Positions 27,127 through 40,228 of a stretch of DNA of 64,000 bases are shown piece after piece. The stretch covers positions 27,962,001-28,026,000 of the forward strand of contig NC_043014.1 of NCBI RefSeq assembly GCF_006345805.1, in the 5' to 3' direction. A program made the translations under genes and the position numbers. The notes below the pieces were generated by a model, which was not told where the DNA came from, ran no database searches, and saw nothing but the letters and a program-made list of their open reading frames with translations. How positions within the stretch are numbered: the first letter of the stretch is position 1; each line of letters starts with the position of its first letter. The DNA is from Octopus sinensis. Taxonomy: Eukaryota.

Positions 27127-28226
27127 CAGGGGTTGGACAAAATAATGGAAACACCTAGTATCATAGCATCATAATTTTAAAATATTTATAAAACCGTCAA
27201 AAGCTTGTTTTTATGTTTTTTGATTTATTACAAGTGTTGCTTAATATGTTTTGCTAAAATTGCTGTTTCTTTTCATATATTATCAGAAAATAGGTAATTA
27301 AAATTCATTAAAATGACACATCTATTAGACTTTCAAAGAGGTCAAATTGTTGGTGCTCATATGGCAGGTGCTAGCGTAACGAAAATAGCTGAAATGTTTG
27401 TTGTATCAAGAAGTACTGTCTCGAAAATTATGACAGCCTTTGAGAAAGAGGGAAAAAACCTCCCCGTTGAAACAAAACTCTGGAAGAAAACCAAAACTTT
27501 CAGATAGGGACCATCAGGCTCTTACATGAATTGTTAGAAAGGATCACAAAAGTATAGCTCTCAAAATTAGCAGTGGAAGAATGTTATTTTTTTGGACGAG
27601 TCATCCTTTACCTTATTTCCGACCACCAGTCGGGTATACGTGTGGATACAGCCAAAAGAAGCATTCGACCCAGACTACCTTCTTCCAACTGTTAAACACA
27701 GAGGAGGATCTGTGATGATCTGGGGGGGTTATATCTTGGAAATCTACTGGCCCAATGGTTTCCCTTCATGGCAGAATTAACAGTCAAGACTATTTAAGCA
27801 TTTTATCTGATTAAATTCATCCTATGGTTGCAGAACTGTTTCCGAAGGGAAACGCAATCTTTCAGGACGACAATGCACCAATTCACATATCTAAAGTTGT
27901 TACTGAATGGCATGAGGAACATTCTAGTGAAGTTGAACATCTTATCTGGCCACTACAATCCCCAGGTCTTAATAATATTGAACATTTATGGTGTATTTCA
28001 GAAAAACAAGTAAGAAGTTGATATCTTCCATCATCATCACTACAAGAACTGGTGACAGTTTTAGCTGAAGAATGGACAAAAATTCCTCTGGAAATAATTC
28101 AAACTTTGTATGAGTACATACCTTGTAGAATTCAAGCTGTAATTATTGCCAAAGGCAGTCCTGCACCATATTAAAATAGATTTGTTCGAAATTTTAAGGT
28201 GTTTCCATTATTTTGTCCAACTCCCA
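27127..28226 (+). mobile_element. Tc1-like transposon with DD36E spacing, degenerate and internally deleted
   Basis: TA-flanked TIRs CAGGGGTTGGACAAAATAATGGAAACACC. Transposase fragments DFQRGQIVGA, DESSFTLFP, TVKHRGGSVMIW, QDDNAPIH and SPGLNNIEHLW; frameshifts and stops present. Confidence 0.92.
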
Positions 28227-28479
28227 TATATGTGTATGTCTGTTTGTGTCTTTTTGTTTTATCATTGTGTGATGGTTGTAAAATGATTGTCACTGTCATA
28301 CAAGTAGTGTAGTGCCCTTTATTGTTAATATTTTCAAGAACATGTCTGGGCATGGAGAAATATTACCATGCTTGGAAATAGGTGGAAGTTGTTAACAGTA
28401 AGGGCATTTGTAAATTTCAGAGAAGGGGTTCAAGGGCAAACAATTAGGGATGATATTGACTACCTCTTGTACACTCTTT

Positions 28480-28862
28480 ACTCTTTTACTTGTTTCAGTC
28501 ATTTGACTGCGGCCATGCTGGAGCATCACCTTTAGTTGAGCAAATCGACCCCAGGACTTATTCTTTGGAAGCCTAGTACTTATTCTATCGGTCTCTTTTG
28601 CCGAACCGCTAAGTTACAGGGACGTAAACACACACCATCGGTTGTCAAGCGATGTTGGGGGACATACGAAGACACATACACATACACACATATATATACA
28701 CGATGGGCTTTCAGTTTCTGCCTACCAAATCCACTCACAAGGCTTTGGTTGGCCCAAGGCTATTGTAGAAGACACTTCCCCAAGGTTCCACGCAGTGGGA
28801 ATGAACCTGGAACCATCTGGTTGGTAAGCAAGGTACTTACCTCACAGCCACTCCTGCGCCTA
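28480..28862 (-). mobile_element. tRNA-derived SINE, full length
   Basis: Same head, body and tail as the 20630 copy. Confidence 0.9.
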
Positions 28863-29029
28863 TTTCTAAATAATGCATTTGTCAAATTCTCTATGATTCA
28901 CTACTATGCAACACTCTGCAATAATCTCTCTTTATAAACCTGTTTTTGGAAAAACTATTGTAGTTATGGTGTAATACATGAAACTGTTGGTTTATAAAGC
29001 AAGTTGTTTTATTTTGTCTATATATACAG

Positions 29030-29254
29030 GGAAAGCTCTGTGCCGATTCAGATAATGTTGGACAACATCAGTAAGTTACTTGGGTTTGATTTGGAACAAG
29101 GCAAGTTCCATGGTGCTGTTGAAGAAAACAAGGCTATAGAAATTATGGGGCAGTTATTGAATATTTACAATTTGAGTGCAAATGATGATAATGAAGAGAA
29201 ATTTTGGTTTATGTACTCCAAACAACTCCCTCAAATTCTTTTCACAGCTGAAAG
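29030..29254 (+). CDS. URB2: URB2 exon 9
   Basis: atacAG|...|GTTAGT. ESSVPIQIMLDNISKLLG...MGQLLNIYNLSANDDNEEKFWFMY. Phase 2 to 2. Confidence 0.85.
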
Positions 29255-29364
29255 GTTAGTTTTTTTTTGTTCAAACACCTTTTTGTAGTTGTTGTTTTTT
29301 TTTTTTTACTTATTGTCTTTGATCTTTTATATTTAATTCATGGGTGGCCATGATGATGATGATC

Positions 29365-31130
29365 ATCATCATCATCGTTTAATGTCCGTTTTCCATGCTA
29401 GCATGGGTTGGACAGTTTGACCGGGGTCTGGGAAGCCAGGAGGCTGCACCAGGCTCCAGTCTAATCTGGCAGTTTTTCTACAGCTGGATGCCCTTCCTAA
29501 CTCCAACCACTCCGTGAGTGTATTGGGTACTTTTTACGGGCCAGAGGGGGCTGGCAATGGCCACGATTGGTTGATGCTTTTGTAGGAATGTATATAACCG
29601 TAACGTAAGATGGTTGGTGACAAGGTCTCCTCTTGTACGCTGCACGATCGTGCCAAAGGAAATGATGGAAGGACGACAAGCTGTTCTGCTGTTTGAGAGA
29701 GAAGATAGACTTTATTCATGGTTGTGATTACTAGCGTAGTGTTGTGGTATGAATTCATTCGTATAGTAATTGTGTCTGTGTGTTCGTGTGTGTGACAAGG
29801 TACAGATAAAGGTGCATGCAAATACAACAGAAATACAGAGTATAAGAGAAGTCTCAGCATATTGAGTTAAGATAGAGTTAGTTACCAGTTCATGTGGTAC
29901 GCGATAATAAGTTCTATAACAGATTTGGGTCTCGAAGCAGAGACTAGTTGAGTCACTTGTTGTGCAGGTTTCTCTTGATATAGATTATTCTTTCAGATAA
30001 TACTGCAACTGTTTTTCCATGGTGAAGTTTCACGCAAACAGCATGAGTTGAATCTGTGTAATTGTGTACAAGTTGAAATCTTCGGAGATGTAGACGACGT
30101 TAGTGATGATGTTCTGTCTGTCACTGGTATACAATAACGTCTTCGTTGTATGGTTGGCTGGCTGTCGTTTGTCATTCGAACTGGAACATGGCTGAGTAGC
30201 TCTGTGGTCTCCGACTAGACCTTAGAAGGTCTAAAGCCGAAAGATGATGAATAGTGGAAATACTAGCTTATTTAAAGAGTAAAGATGGCTCGAATGAAAG
30301 ATCCTATCCGAAGGCTGTGATTGATCAGTTTACACACTGGCGTGAAATAAGTAGAGAGACAGACTGCGCTAGATGCTAACCAATCAGATCAGTGAACACA
30401 ACAGGGTTAAACTAGCCAAAGATGGTTGTAATTTCAAACGAGATCATTCCTAATGTTTTTCTCAAACAGTGAGGATATCAATATTGTCACACTTTTTATG
30501 TGCCACCGGCATGGAAGCCAGTCAAGGCGGCACTGGCATTGGCTACGTTTGGATGGTGCTTTTTATGTGCCACCGGCATGGGTATCACAACTGCAATTTC
30601 CATTTGATTTTTATTTTGATGTTGATGTACTTGACTCAATAGGTCTCCTCAAGCACAGCACCCTATGATCCAAGGTGCTTTTGAATGGGCTGGGGCAGCT
30701 TATGCGAAACTGGTGTAGGATACAGCTGCGAACTTACTTTATTTGCCAGGTCTTCGCAGTCACAGCATATCTCCAGAGGTCTCGGTCTTTCGTCATTGCT
30801 TCTGTGAGGCCCAGTGTTCGAAGGTCATGCTTCACCACCTGATCCCATGTCTTCCTGGGTCTACCTCTACCCTGGATTCCTTTAACTGTTTGGGAATGGC
30901 ACTTCACACAGCTCTCCTCATCCATCTGTAGTACATGACTATACCAGCACAAACGTCTCTCTTGCACTCCACATCCGGTGCTTATGTCTGACATATCTCT
31001 CAGGGTGCTTAAACTCTGTCGTATGTACACTCTGACATTATACATCCAGTGGATCATGCTAGCTTCATTTCTTTCAAGCCTACGCATGTCCTCCGCAGTC
31101 ACGGCCCATGTTTCACTTCTGTTAATTATG
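29365..31130 (-). mobile_element. RTE LINE 3' fragment, split by the solo LTR
   Basis: Tail at 29365-29580 resumes at 30492. ORF 30734-31102 has MRRLERNEASM, RRLCWYSHV and GRGRPRKTW. Confidence 0.85.
29581..30491 (-). mobile_element. Solo LTR (911 bp) inserted into an RTE 3' region
   Basis: TGT...ACA termini with a CTTT duplication on both sides. It interrupts the RTE consensus gatgc-ttttt-atgtgccaccggc. Minus-strand AATAAA near 29712. Confidence 0.75.
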
Positions 31131-31444
31131 GATGAAGTGAGTATGGAACTAGTTATTAGCCTGGCGGAATGTAGTAAGGTTTGAATTCATGGTTGTGTAC
31201 TCAATTGTCTACCGTTTTGCCTTTATTATATAAATGGATAAGAAATTAGTAAAAACTGATCTCCCTTTATTTCTTTCTCTTTGCACAAACACACATTTAC
31301 ACACTCACAGAAAACATTTTATTATTTTAATTAAACCTTATTTTTGAGTATGGTATCCTTGAATCTGTGACCAGATGAAATTATTGTCAGAATTCGGTTC
31401 AGTGATTCCAGGAGGTATCACAACGTTTATTATTAATATTACTT

Positions 31445-31670
31445 GGCTGAGGTGGCACACTAGTAGAATTGTTACCATGTCGGACAAGATGCTTAGCAGT
31501 ATTTTGTATGTCTTTATGTTCTGAGTTCACATTCTGCTAGGGTTGATTTTTGCCTTTCATTGTTTCTGAGTCACTAAAATAATTTCCTGTTGAGCACTGG
31601 GGCCAATGTAATTGACCATCCTACTCCCCCAAATTTCAGACCTTGTGCCTATAGTAGAAAGGATTAATAC
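31445..31670 (+). mobile_element. Second SINE family; related minus-strand copies at about 34700-34915 and 38760-39170
   Basis: Shared TTCTGAGTTCA(A/C)ATTC, TTTGCCTTTCAT and GAGCACTGGGG..ATGTAAT segments. Confidence 0.65.
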
Positions 31671-32353
31671 TATGTAGGTAACTGGGAATAGTTATTATTG
31701 GAGCAGTTGTTTTTACAGCTGGAGAATTTTTCTATAGCTAATTACTCATCTAAAAATTGGGAATTGACACCTGTTTGTTACTGACAAAGTAGTGTAAAGT
31801 GAGTTAATTTATTTTGATCTGCAAAAATTTCAAGTCTCAATGTTCTATATTGTCTGGTGTTTGTTCTCCAGATTTTTAACATTAAGTAGATAAGGAGCAA
31901 ATCTCCCTTTGGTCTATTCTGGATAAACTTTCTCGTATAATGAATTGAACTTGGTCTTGCAAGCTAACAAATCACTTGCTAAATCAACAGAGCTGCTAAT
32001 GTTGTTTCAAACCTGTTATTCCTATTGTGTGATACATGTTTACTTCTTGGTGGATTGCTCCATTTAAAAGTTGAGTCTCTGGACTTAAACAGTACAGTGC
32101 CAAGAACAGGATATGAATTTGGACAACTTTGGACTGTTCTAATGGTTGTTCACTACCTTGTACATTGACCAACAAATTCTGTTTTGTTTGGATGCACATC
32201 ATTATGATTGTAGTCATAAAGCTTGAAAACATAATCTTCAGATTATTAATTCAGCATCTCACCTTCATAGTTATTGTTTCTTTGAAATAATGTGAATATA
32301 TTTTATGATTATATGTCAGTATATCTTTTGTATCTTTGTATTTTTTATTACAG

Positions 32354-32629
32354 GAAAACAGATTCATGGTTTTTGTGCTTGAAGTCTTTGATTTTACTTA
32401 ATCCAGATATCAATAAAGAATATTTGGATCAGATCTTATCTTTATGCTGGTCTGTATTATCAGAAAGTGATGAGTCTACAATTGAGCAAGTTGATGGTCT
32501 GCTAGAAAGTATTTTAGAAGTATACAGCAAATTACGACAGATACCATTCTTGTTTAAGAAGTTAATTGCATCTGTCATTGCATCCTCGGTAGAATATAAC
32601 TGCAAGTGGCCTCAGCGATTTTCTCTTAA
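32354..32629 (+). CDS. URB2: URB2 exon 10
   Basis: ttacAG|...|GTAAGT. SWFLCLKSLILLNP...VYSKLRQIPFLF matches the recalled URB2 motifs AWFRCLKTLISLN and YAKLRQVPRLF. Phase 2 to 2. Confidence 0.92.
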
Positions 32630-33197
32630 GTAAGTGCACTGTGTGTTATTTATCATTCCATAATTCTCTTTGACAAATCCACAACTTTCAGTAGTTGTAT
32701 GTGATAGATACAGAGCTAGAATAGTACCAAAACTTTTTTCAGTTTGCAGCATTGTATAATACAAATAAAATGTAAAATTTTCCCAAACCCAAATGAGCTA
32801 ACTCGAGTGACATTCCCAGTTAATTCAAATACCAGTTTCCAATAGTTAATGGGGCTAAGTAATGTAACATTTTGTGTACTGAAAATACATAACCAAAATG
32901 TATTTAAATAGCTTTAAATTTTCAAACTCTGATTTGATATTCCAATGCCATATTCACTTGCCTGTTTCAGTTGCACCTTTTTATAATGTCTGCTATGTAA
33001 AATTAATGTAATTCTTCAGTGTTGTTGGCAATGGGTTTGCACTATAGAAACAAATCAATGCAACAAAGTTGTCTCAAAACAGCCCTGGCAGATCTAATTT
33101 CTTTAACTTACTGCAAATAATAGGCTACCTGCAGGATGTTGTGTTTGATAAATGGAACCAAACACACAACTGCTGGTTGTATTATGTAAAAATTATA

Positions 33198-33560
33198 CAT
33201 GGCTGTGTGGTAAGAAGTTTACTTCCCAGCTGCATGGTTCCAGGTTCAGTCCCATTGTGTGGTACCTTAGGCCAACCAAAGCTTTGTAAATGGATTTGGT
33301 AGACAGAAACTGAAAGAAGCCCGTCATATATATACTTATATATCTATGATGTGTGTGTCTTTGTGTATGTATATGTTCCCCACCATCACTTGTCAACCAC
33401 TATTGGTGCGTTTACATCTCCTTAACCTAGCAGTTCAACAAAAGGGACTGATAAAATAAGTACTAGGATTTACAGAAAATAAGTACTGGGGTCAATTTGT
33501 TAGATTAAAATTCTTTAGGTGGTATCCCAGCATGATTGTAGTCTAATGATTGAAAAAGTT
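33198..33560 (+). mobile_element. tRNA-derived SINE, diverged
   Basis: TGGCTGTGTGGTAAG...GGTTCAGTCCC head, followed by the family body. Confidence 0.8.
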
Positions 33561-34470
33561 TAGGGCAAAGAAAGTATTCTATACTGTTTGTGGGTTTACC
33601 CTTTTCCCAGTTCACCAAATTTCACTCACAAAATTTGGTGAAACTATGATAGTGACACTTTCAGTGAGATTGAACCCCAAACTCCATACTTTTTAACCAC
33701 ATAGCTATGCTTGCATCCTATCATGATACTAAAATATAATGTATCTTTATTCATCATCTTCATCTTTGTGTAATGTCCAGTCTCCATGCTGGCATGGGTT
33801 TGACATGGAGCTGGCTAGCAAGGAGCTGTCTGAACTCCAACTGTCTGTTGTGACATGGTTTCTACAGCTGGATGTCCTTCCTATTACCAAACACTTAGCT
33901 GAGTGTACTGGGTGCTTTTTATGTGTCACAGGTGTATTTATACAGCACCAGTACAGGTGCTTTTTAAGTGGCACTGGCACCTGAAAGGGCAAGCTTGTAT
34001 GTTTGGAAGACAGCAATTTTTCAAGCTAAGTTAATACTATTTGATTAATTCCTTATTTTCAATATGTTATCAATTTCTCAGTCAGTGGTTGCTGGAAACA
34101 CTATAATAGTTACTACTATATTTTACATTTAACTATTCTTATTATTCTTAATCATGACTTAAGTAAAGGTGCTTGGCTTAGTGGTTGGTGTATTCAGCTC
34201 ACAATTGTTAGGTGAATTCGATTCCTGGCAGCACATTGTGTCCTTGAGCAAGACATTTTATTTTACATTTCTCCAGTCCACTCAACTGGCAAAAATGAGT
34301 TGCACCTGTATTTCAAAGGGCCAGCCTTCTCACACTAAATCTCCCTGAGAACTATGTTAAGAGTATGTGTGTCTGTGGAGTGATCAACCACTTGCATGTA
34401 AATTTCACGAGCTGGCTGTTCTGTTGATTGGATCAACTGGAGCCCTTGTAACTGATGGAGTGTCAGTTAA

Positions 34471-34691
34471 CCCTTTCGTTACTAACCTGGCTGAAACTGG
34501 CTCTGGCTCTTTAGTATAAACGTCTTGTTTTCATAAGTTTTGAATTCAAATCTTCCATCAAATCTTAGTCACAATTTATGTTCCTAACACTAGCTCAATG
34601 ATAACGATGTTATTTTACTAAATTCATTGTTATATTTAAAATAATTGGAAGAAACACAGAGCATCTCAAAATAAATACAGTAATGAAAGAG
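34471..34691. mobile_element. piggyBac-type MITE (221 bp)
   Basis: TTAA|CCCTTTCGTTAC...GTAATGAAAGAG|TTAA. Its left end matches the terminus of the element at 35642-37066. Confidence 0.8.
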
Positions 34692-34972
34692 TTAATCCTG
34701 ATTTCAAATTTTGGCACAAGGCCAGCAATTTTGGGGGTAGGAGTAAGTCAATAACATTGATCCTAGTGTTTAACTGGTACTTGTTTTCCTGACCCTGAGA
34801 GGGTGAAAAGCAGAGTAGCTCTCAGCAGAATTTGAACTTAGAACGTAAGGATAAATTAAATGCCTCTAAACATTTTGCCCAACATGTTGATGATTCTGTC
34901 AGCTTACTGCTTTTTTTACTTACTATTCTTAATCATGTTATCTATCAATTGTCTGTTCTTGTTTTTTCATAG

Positions 34973-35082
34973 ATTCCAGAATATTGTGCAAATGTTACCT
35001 CAAACTGTTGCGTTACAAGTATGGGAGATGCTGCTGACTGCAATTGAAAAGGAATTAGCTCCAATACTTAAAGATGATGAAG
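34973..35082 (+). CDS. URB2: URB2 exon 11
   Basis: ttcatAG|...|GTGACA. FQNIVQMLPQTVALQVWEMLLTAIEKELAPILKDDE. Phase 2 to 1. Confidence 0.85.
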
Positions 35083-35641
35083 GTGACATTTAAAGCTAAC
35101 ATAAATTACTCGGAAAATACTAACTTAAGTTAAAAGTGTTTGGTTCTTGTGTCTGCTAATCACTTGACTTTGCAGCTACACAAGCTGAGGCAAATAATAT
35201 TACATGCTTTCCTCTGTGCTTCAGCATAAGGGCTGCAACAAGATTTTATGCATGGGTAGGATGGTTCTACCTGGCTGGCTCCTGTCAACTGTCCTACCCA
35301 TGTATGCATGGAAGATGGATGTTAAACGATGATGATGATGATATTTTTGTTGATTAACTCAGGTCAGCTATGATGAAAGGCATTCCAGCCATGGCCTTCC
35401 CATCTTGTTAGGGTTATGTTGTTGGACTACATTATCTAATGTAAGATGGCAAAGAGGGATTTGAGATTTGACTGCTATTTGTAGCAGGTCGATTTACCAC
35501 TTTACTTAATAATATTAGTAATGTAAGCATTTTGACAAGTGCAAGAATATTTAAGTTTAAGGGAATTCTATAATTCATATTCTGGCACAACTTTCAACAT
35601 TTAAGTTTACCCAGCCAGCACTGCAGAGAGATATAACTTAA

Positions 35642-37066
35642 CCTTTTCGTTACTATATTTCTGACCAAAATACACCCCTCATGAGTTTCAATTAAATTCT
35701 AAAATAATCATGAATTTAGGCTTGTTTCATTAAATAACTGTAACTTTTTTACTTATCAACATATTAATGCAATATTTGGAACATAATTAAAGAAAGGGTT
35801 CTTAATCAATTCTATTGCATAACTTTTGTCTCAAAGTGACTTTAATTACAGGTAAATTGAGCAAAAGGTAAAAATATTAGAATTTTAAATTGAGCAAAAG
35901 GTAAAAATATTAAAATTTTGCTTAAACATCACCATAGAAAATGAATCATCAGCTAATATTCAAATGGGTATGCAACAAAATTTTGATAAAGAAGAATTGT
36001 GCACATCACTAGATCATCAGTTGAATTTAATGCACAACAAGTGTACCATAAAGGTGGAATAAACTGGAATCCACCGCAAGTTTGACCGAACTAAAGAAAT
36101 CGGTCAAAAAATAATATATGGCCCTGGTTATGGTATGGAAGTGATAAATTCCAGACCACATCGTTCCCCTACCATGCTGACTAATATTATTTTCCCTGTA
36201 TAAAAACTAAATCCATGCAGTACCCAGTATTTACTTCACAAATTTTCCGAAATTTGATCCCCCATTTTGTGTTTGTTTACAATCTGCGTAAATTTGTTTC
36301 CGCATTGATCGCTTCAAACAATAACTTCCAGACCACATCGTTCCCCTACCATGCTGACTAATATTGTTTTCCCTGTATAAAAACTAAATCCACAACAGTA
36401 CCCAGTATTTGCTTCATAAATTTTCCAAACTTTTGTGTTTGTTTACAATCTGTGTAAATTTGTTTCCGAAGTGATCGCTTCAAACTAGCATACTGAAAAA
36501 AATAAAAAGTCTAATGGTTTCGCTTCCTAACAAAGACTATAGATAAACTCTATCTCCTCAGAAAATTTGCTAATAAAAACATTTTAAAAGTTTTTTTACT
36601 TCATTCCGATGTAAAATCGTCTTTGCTGTCGCCATCGCCGCTTTGTTTCTTTGGAATCGCTGGTTTCATTTTCGGATAAAAAAATATCCTATTCATTATT
36701 TTGTACACCATGTGCTGTTGTACCTATTTCATTCTTTTTCTCGAAATCTCCCTATTTTCTGTTGAAAAAGCTTTAAATTCGGAATCAATGCTTGATAACA
36801 TGCAACTCCTATCCATTTTCAAAGTTGAAGAAAAATCGATGCCGAAAAAATGTGGAAAAAAATCTCCCAAAATTCACTGAGTTGAGATATCACTTCAAGC
36901 AATGTCGGATACTATAAGCCAACTATTTACAAAGTGAAATCACATGTTTTAACGAATGTACCAACAAGATTTGGGTTCAAATTTACATTTAAATAACAAT
37001 AGGTTCTCTTGGCCGGGTTGGTATTATGAACCAAAATATTTTTCAGCCAGGTTAGTAACGAAAGGG
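35642..37066 (-). mobile_element. Non-autonomous piggyBac derivative
   Basis: TTAA-flanked TIRs CC(C/T)TTTCGTTAC. Minus-strand remnants MDRSCMLSSIDSEFKAFSTE and KVWKIYEANTGYCCGFSFYTGK resemble piggyBac motifs. Confidence 0.85.
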
Positions 37067-37362
37067 TTAAATAACATAAATTGTAACTGAGCAACAGCCA
37101 TATTGTAGAATTGGTAAGTTGTTTGTTGATGTGCGTTGCTCAACTAAATTGATCTCTTATAGGAAAAACATGTTTGGGATTGCCTGGCATTCTGGCCAGT
37201 CTGAGATTTGCTTCTCCTCCTCTTAATGTCTGAGAAAACAGCAATAACTATAAAAACAAGAGGATTGACTAAGTTATGTGAAGAAACAAAAATCTAGCAT
37301 ATTAACCTCTCTTGCTGTATTTTTATTATTTTCTGATTAATATTTCTTCCTTGTTCAACCAG

Positions 37363-37550
37363 GTGATGACTCCATTTCCAACCAGAAACCTGTATGTTCT
37401 TGTATAATTGGTTTGCTGCTGAACTTTCTGGGTGATGTTGTTATAGTTGGCCCATCAGTGACTGCCAAAAATACATTGGCAATACAGAATTTTCAGACCA
37501 GAATGAAGATAACAGTTGTGGTCCCTTCACTATACTTATGCCTTAGTAAG
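37363..37550 (+). CDS. URB2: URB2 exon 12
   Basis: aaccAG|...|GTAAAG, open frame GDDSISNQKPVCSCIIGLLLNFL...LCLSK. Phase 1 to 0. Confidence 0.78.
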
Positions 37551-38178
37551 GTAAAGTTGCTTTTGTTAACTTTTTGTTTTTGTTGCTGTTTAGCACTTTA
37601 GCATTTAAGCTGGCCATATCAGGCCTACAGATTCTACCTGTTTTATGTTCAAACTGGCTAGATCCAGCCTCTCGCATCTACTGTATAATGCCATGCTAAA
37701 AATAAGCAATCACATCATCAAAATCTCAAAACTATGAGATAAGGCATGAATAATTCAAAGCAATATCAATAAATAAGCATTACATTTGACAGAGTAACCT
37801 AAATGATAAAAGATTAATCCCTAAGATTTATTAACAAAAGTATCACCCAACACCACCCAATCTTTATTCACACAGTGTATATCTAGAACTATATTATCTA
37901 ATATGTTCTTCTTTTCCAAAGACAGTAGGGTGTGGTCTGAGGGAAATTTGGCTGCTATTTCTAGCAAATCAAATAAACCTTGGCTTATATTGTACGTTGT
38001 GGTTGATAGCTGTTCTGCTGTTTGTTGATAGGTTTTTCTTAACTCATCTCCATCTGAATCCCAATATCACGTAACTTGATACATTGCATGACATTTTATA
38101 AATTTATCTATTTCAATTGGTTGATTCATTGATCTGTTATGTTACTCTACAATCTTGCCTGCAATACCTATTTTTCAG

Positions 38179-38373
38179 CCTAATTGTGATCCACATCTTC
38201 TGGAAGCAACCCTGCTACTGATCTATGAATGGTGGGAGATAGCATTCATATTAGCTTATTACACACCACCAGGCCAAGAGGAATTTCTTTTAGACCTGTC
38301 CACCTTCAACTTCCTCTCTGCATCAATCCGGAAGAAGATTTTAAAGTCTGTGGGAAATGGATCTGTTGTTTGT
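38179..38373 (+). CDS. URB2: URB2 exon 13
   Basis: ttttcAG|...|GTAAGT. PHLLEATLLLIYEWWEIAFIL resembles the recalled SVLLLSYTWAQV segment. 65 codons, phase 0 to 0. Confidence 0.82.
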
Positions 38374-40069
38374 GTAAGTTGCCTCCTCCCCACCACCAGA
38401 TGATGCCTATTAAAATTAATGGATCATTAGTTTTATTATTTCATTCATGTTTTTAAATTATAGGTCAGTAGTGTTGTGTAAACAATAAGTTCTTCATGCT
38501 ATGTCTGCAATCAACTGATAATAATAATAATAGTTTCTGATTTGGGCTAAAGATTAACAATTTGAGGAAAAGGGATAAGTCAGTACCTTTGATACCCACC
38601 ACACTTTGACTGGCTATTTCTTTTCTTTTTTTCTTGATCCCAAAGAATAAAAAGCAAAATTGAACCCAATGTGGGTTTTAAAAAGCTGGGACAAATAAGG
38701 GATTTTTTTTCAACATTCTAACAATTATGCCAGTTCACTGCCTTCAGCAATAACAAAAATTTATCCAAGGCCAGTAATTTTGAGGCAACGGATTTAGTTG
38801 ATACCATCAACCCCAGTACATGTCTGGTACTTTATTTTAATGACTCTGGGGTGATGAAAAGTAAAATAGACCCTGGTGGAATTGAACTCAGAACATAAAA
38901 TATTGAATGAAATACCACAAGGTAATTCTAACTTTACCAGCTTACCACACTCAACAACAATAATCCTTTCTAGTATAGGCACAAGGCTTGAAATTTTTGG
39001 GGAGGGGACTAATCGATTACATCAACCCAGTGTTTCACTGGTACTTAATTTGTCAACCCTGAATGGATGAAAGGCAAAGTTGATCTTGGTGGAATTTGAA
39101 CTCAGAATGTAGTGACAGGTGAAATACCACTTAGCATTTCATCCAGCATGCTAATGATTCTGCCAAGCTTGCCATGTTAACAACTACAGCAATAATAATG
39201 CTGGTTGTATTTGTCTCCTCCAATTACCTGTGACAAGTTTTGTAAGGTAAGAAAAGTGAACAGCTGTTCTCATAACACCTTTTTCAGTCTGGCAAGCCAA
39301 ACTGCTGATCCAGAAAGAAGCTGAGTATCATTACTTCAGTTTTTTAGGTAGTCTAGCCACTACCCTAAGCATTTGAATAACTGCAGTTATATTCATACTA
39401 AATATTCTAATATTAAAGACAAGGATGAGGAACTTTCTTAATATTTGATGGTCGCATTAAATTAAGTATAAGGCTGCATTAAAGATAACATGGTGAAGTA
39501 TAAGGAAAAATGCAATTACATTTTGTAAATGCAACTAGAAATTGTGAAATTAAAAATGATCTTTTTTTTACTCCTGCACACACACATATTTCCAACCATG
39601 AAAAAAAATATTACCATACTTGGAAACAGGTGAGGGTTGACAACAGTAAGAGTATCTGGCTGTAGAAAATCTACGTCAGTGAATTCCATCTGATCCATGC
39701 TAGCATAAAAAACCCCAGATGTTCAGATGGTGAGGATAATGATTTTATATAACATAAATAGTTACAAAGCTCAGTGAATATTTTATAGACACACATTGCA
39801 AAGATATTTTTATGAAATGAAGAAAAAACATAAGTACCCTTCTAAAATGAACAAGTTTGTAATATTCACATGCCTAACAAGAATAAAGAATCAGGAACAG
39901 AATTTATAATAAACATTGAATAAATTGTATGCAAAGTTTCAGAATAGAAGTGTACATTTTGTAAATGTTTCAATTTATTGGGAAATGGCATTTTATTAAG
40001 GAATGAACTTATGTGAAAATTACACTTTTTGTTGCAGTTGTTAAAAATGATATTTTTTTTCTCCAACAG

Positions 40070-40228
40070 TACTTACTGCAATTGCAGTGTATTAAAGCAG
40101 TACAAGTATTCCCAGAGTCTGAAACAGAAGAGAAAAAAGCAAAGATTTGTAATTTGAGTGGAATCATAAACATGTTGATGTCAAAGGAAAATAGTGAAGT
40201 CCCTGCTGAAAATCAGAATAAAATTGTG
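40070..40228 (+). CDS. URB2: URB2 exon 14
   Basis: ccaacAG|...|GTATGT. YLLQLQCIKAVQVFPESETEEKKAKICNL. 53 codons, phase 0 to 0. Confidence 0.8.
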
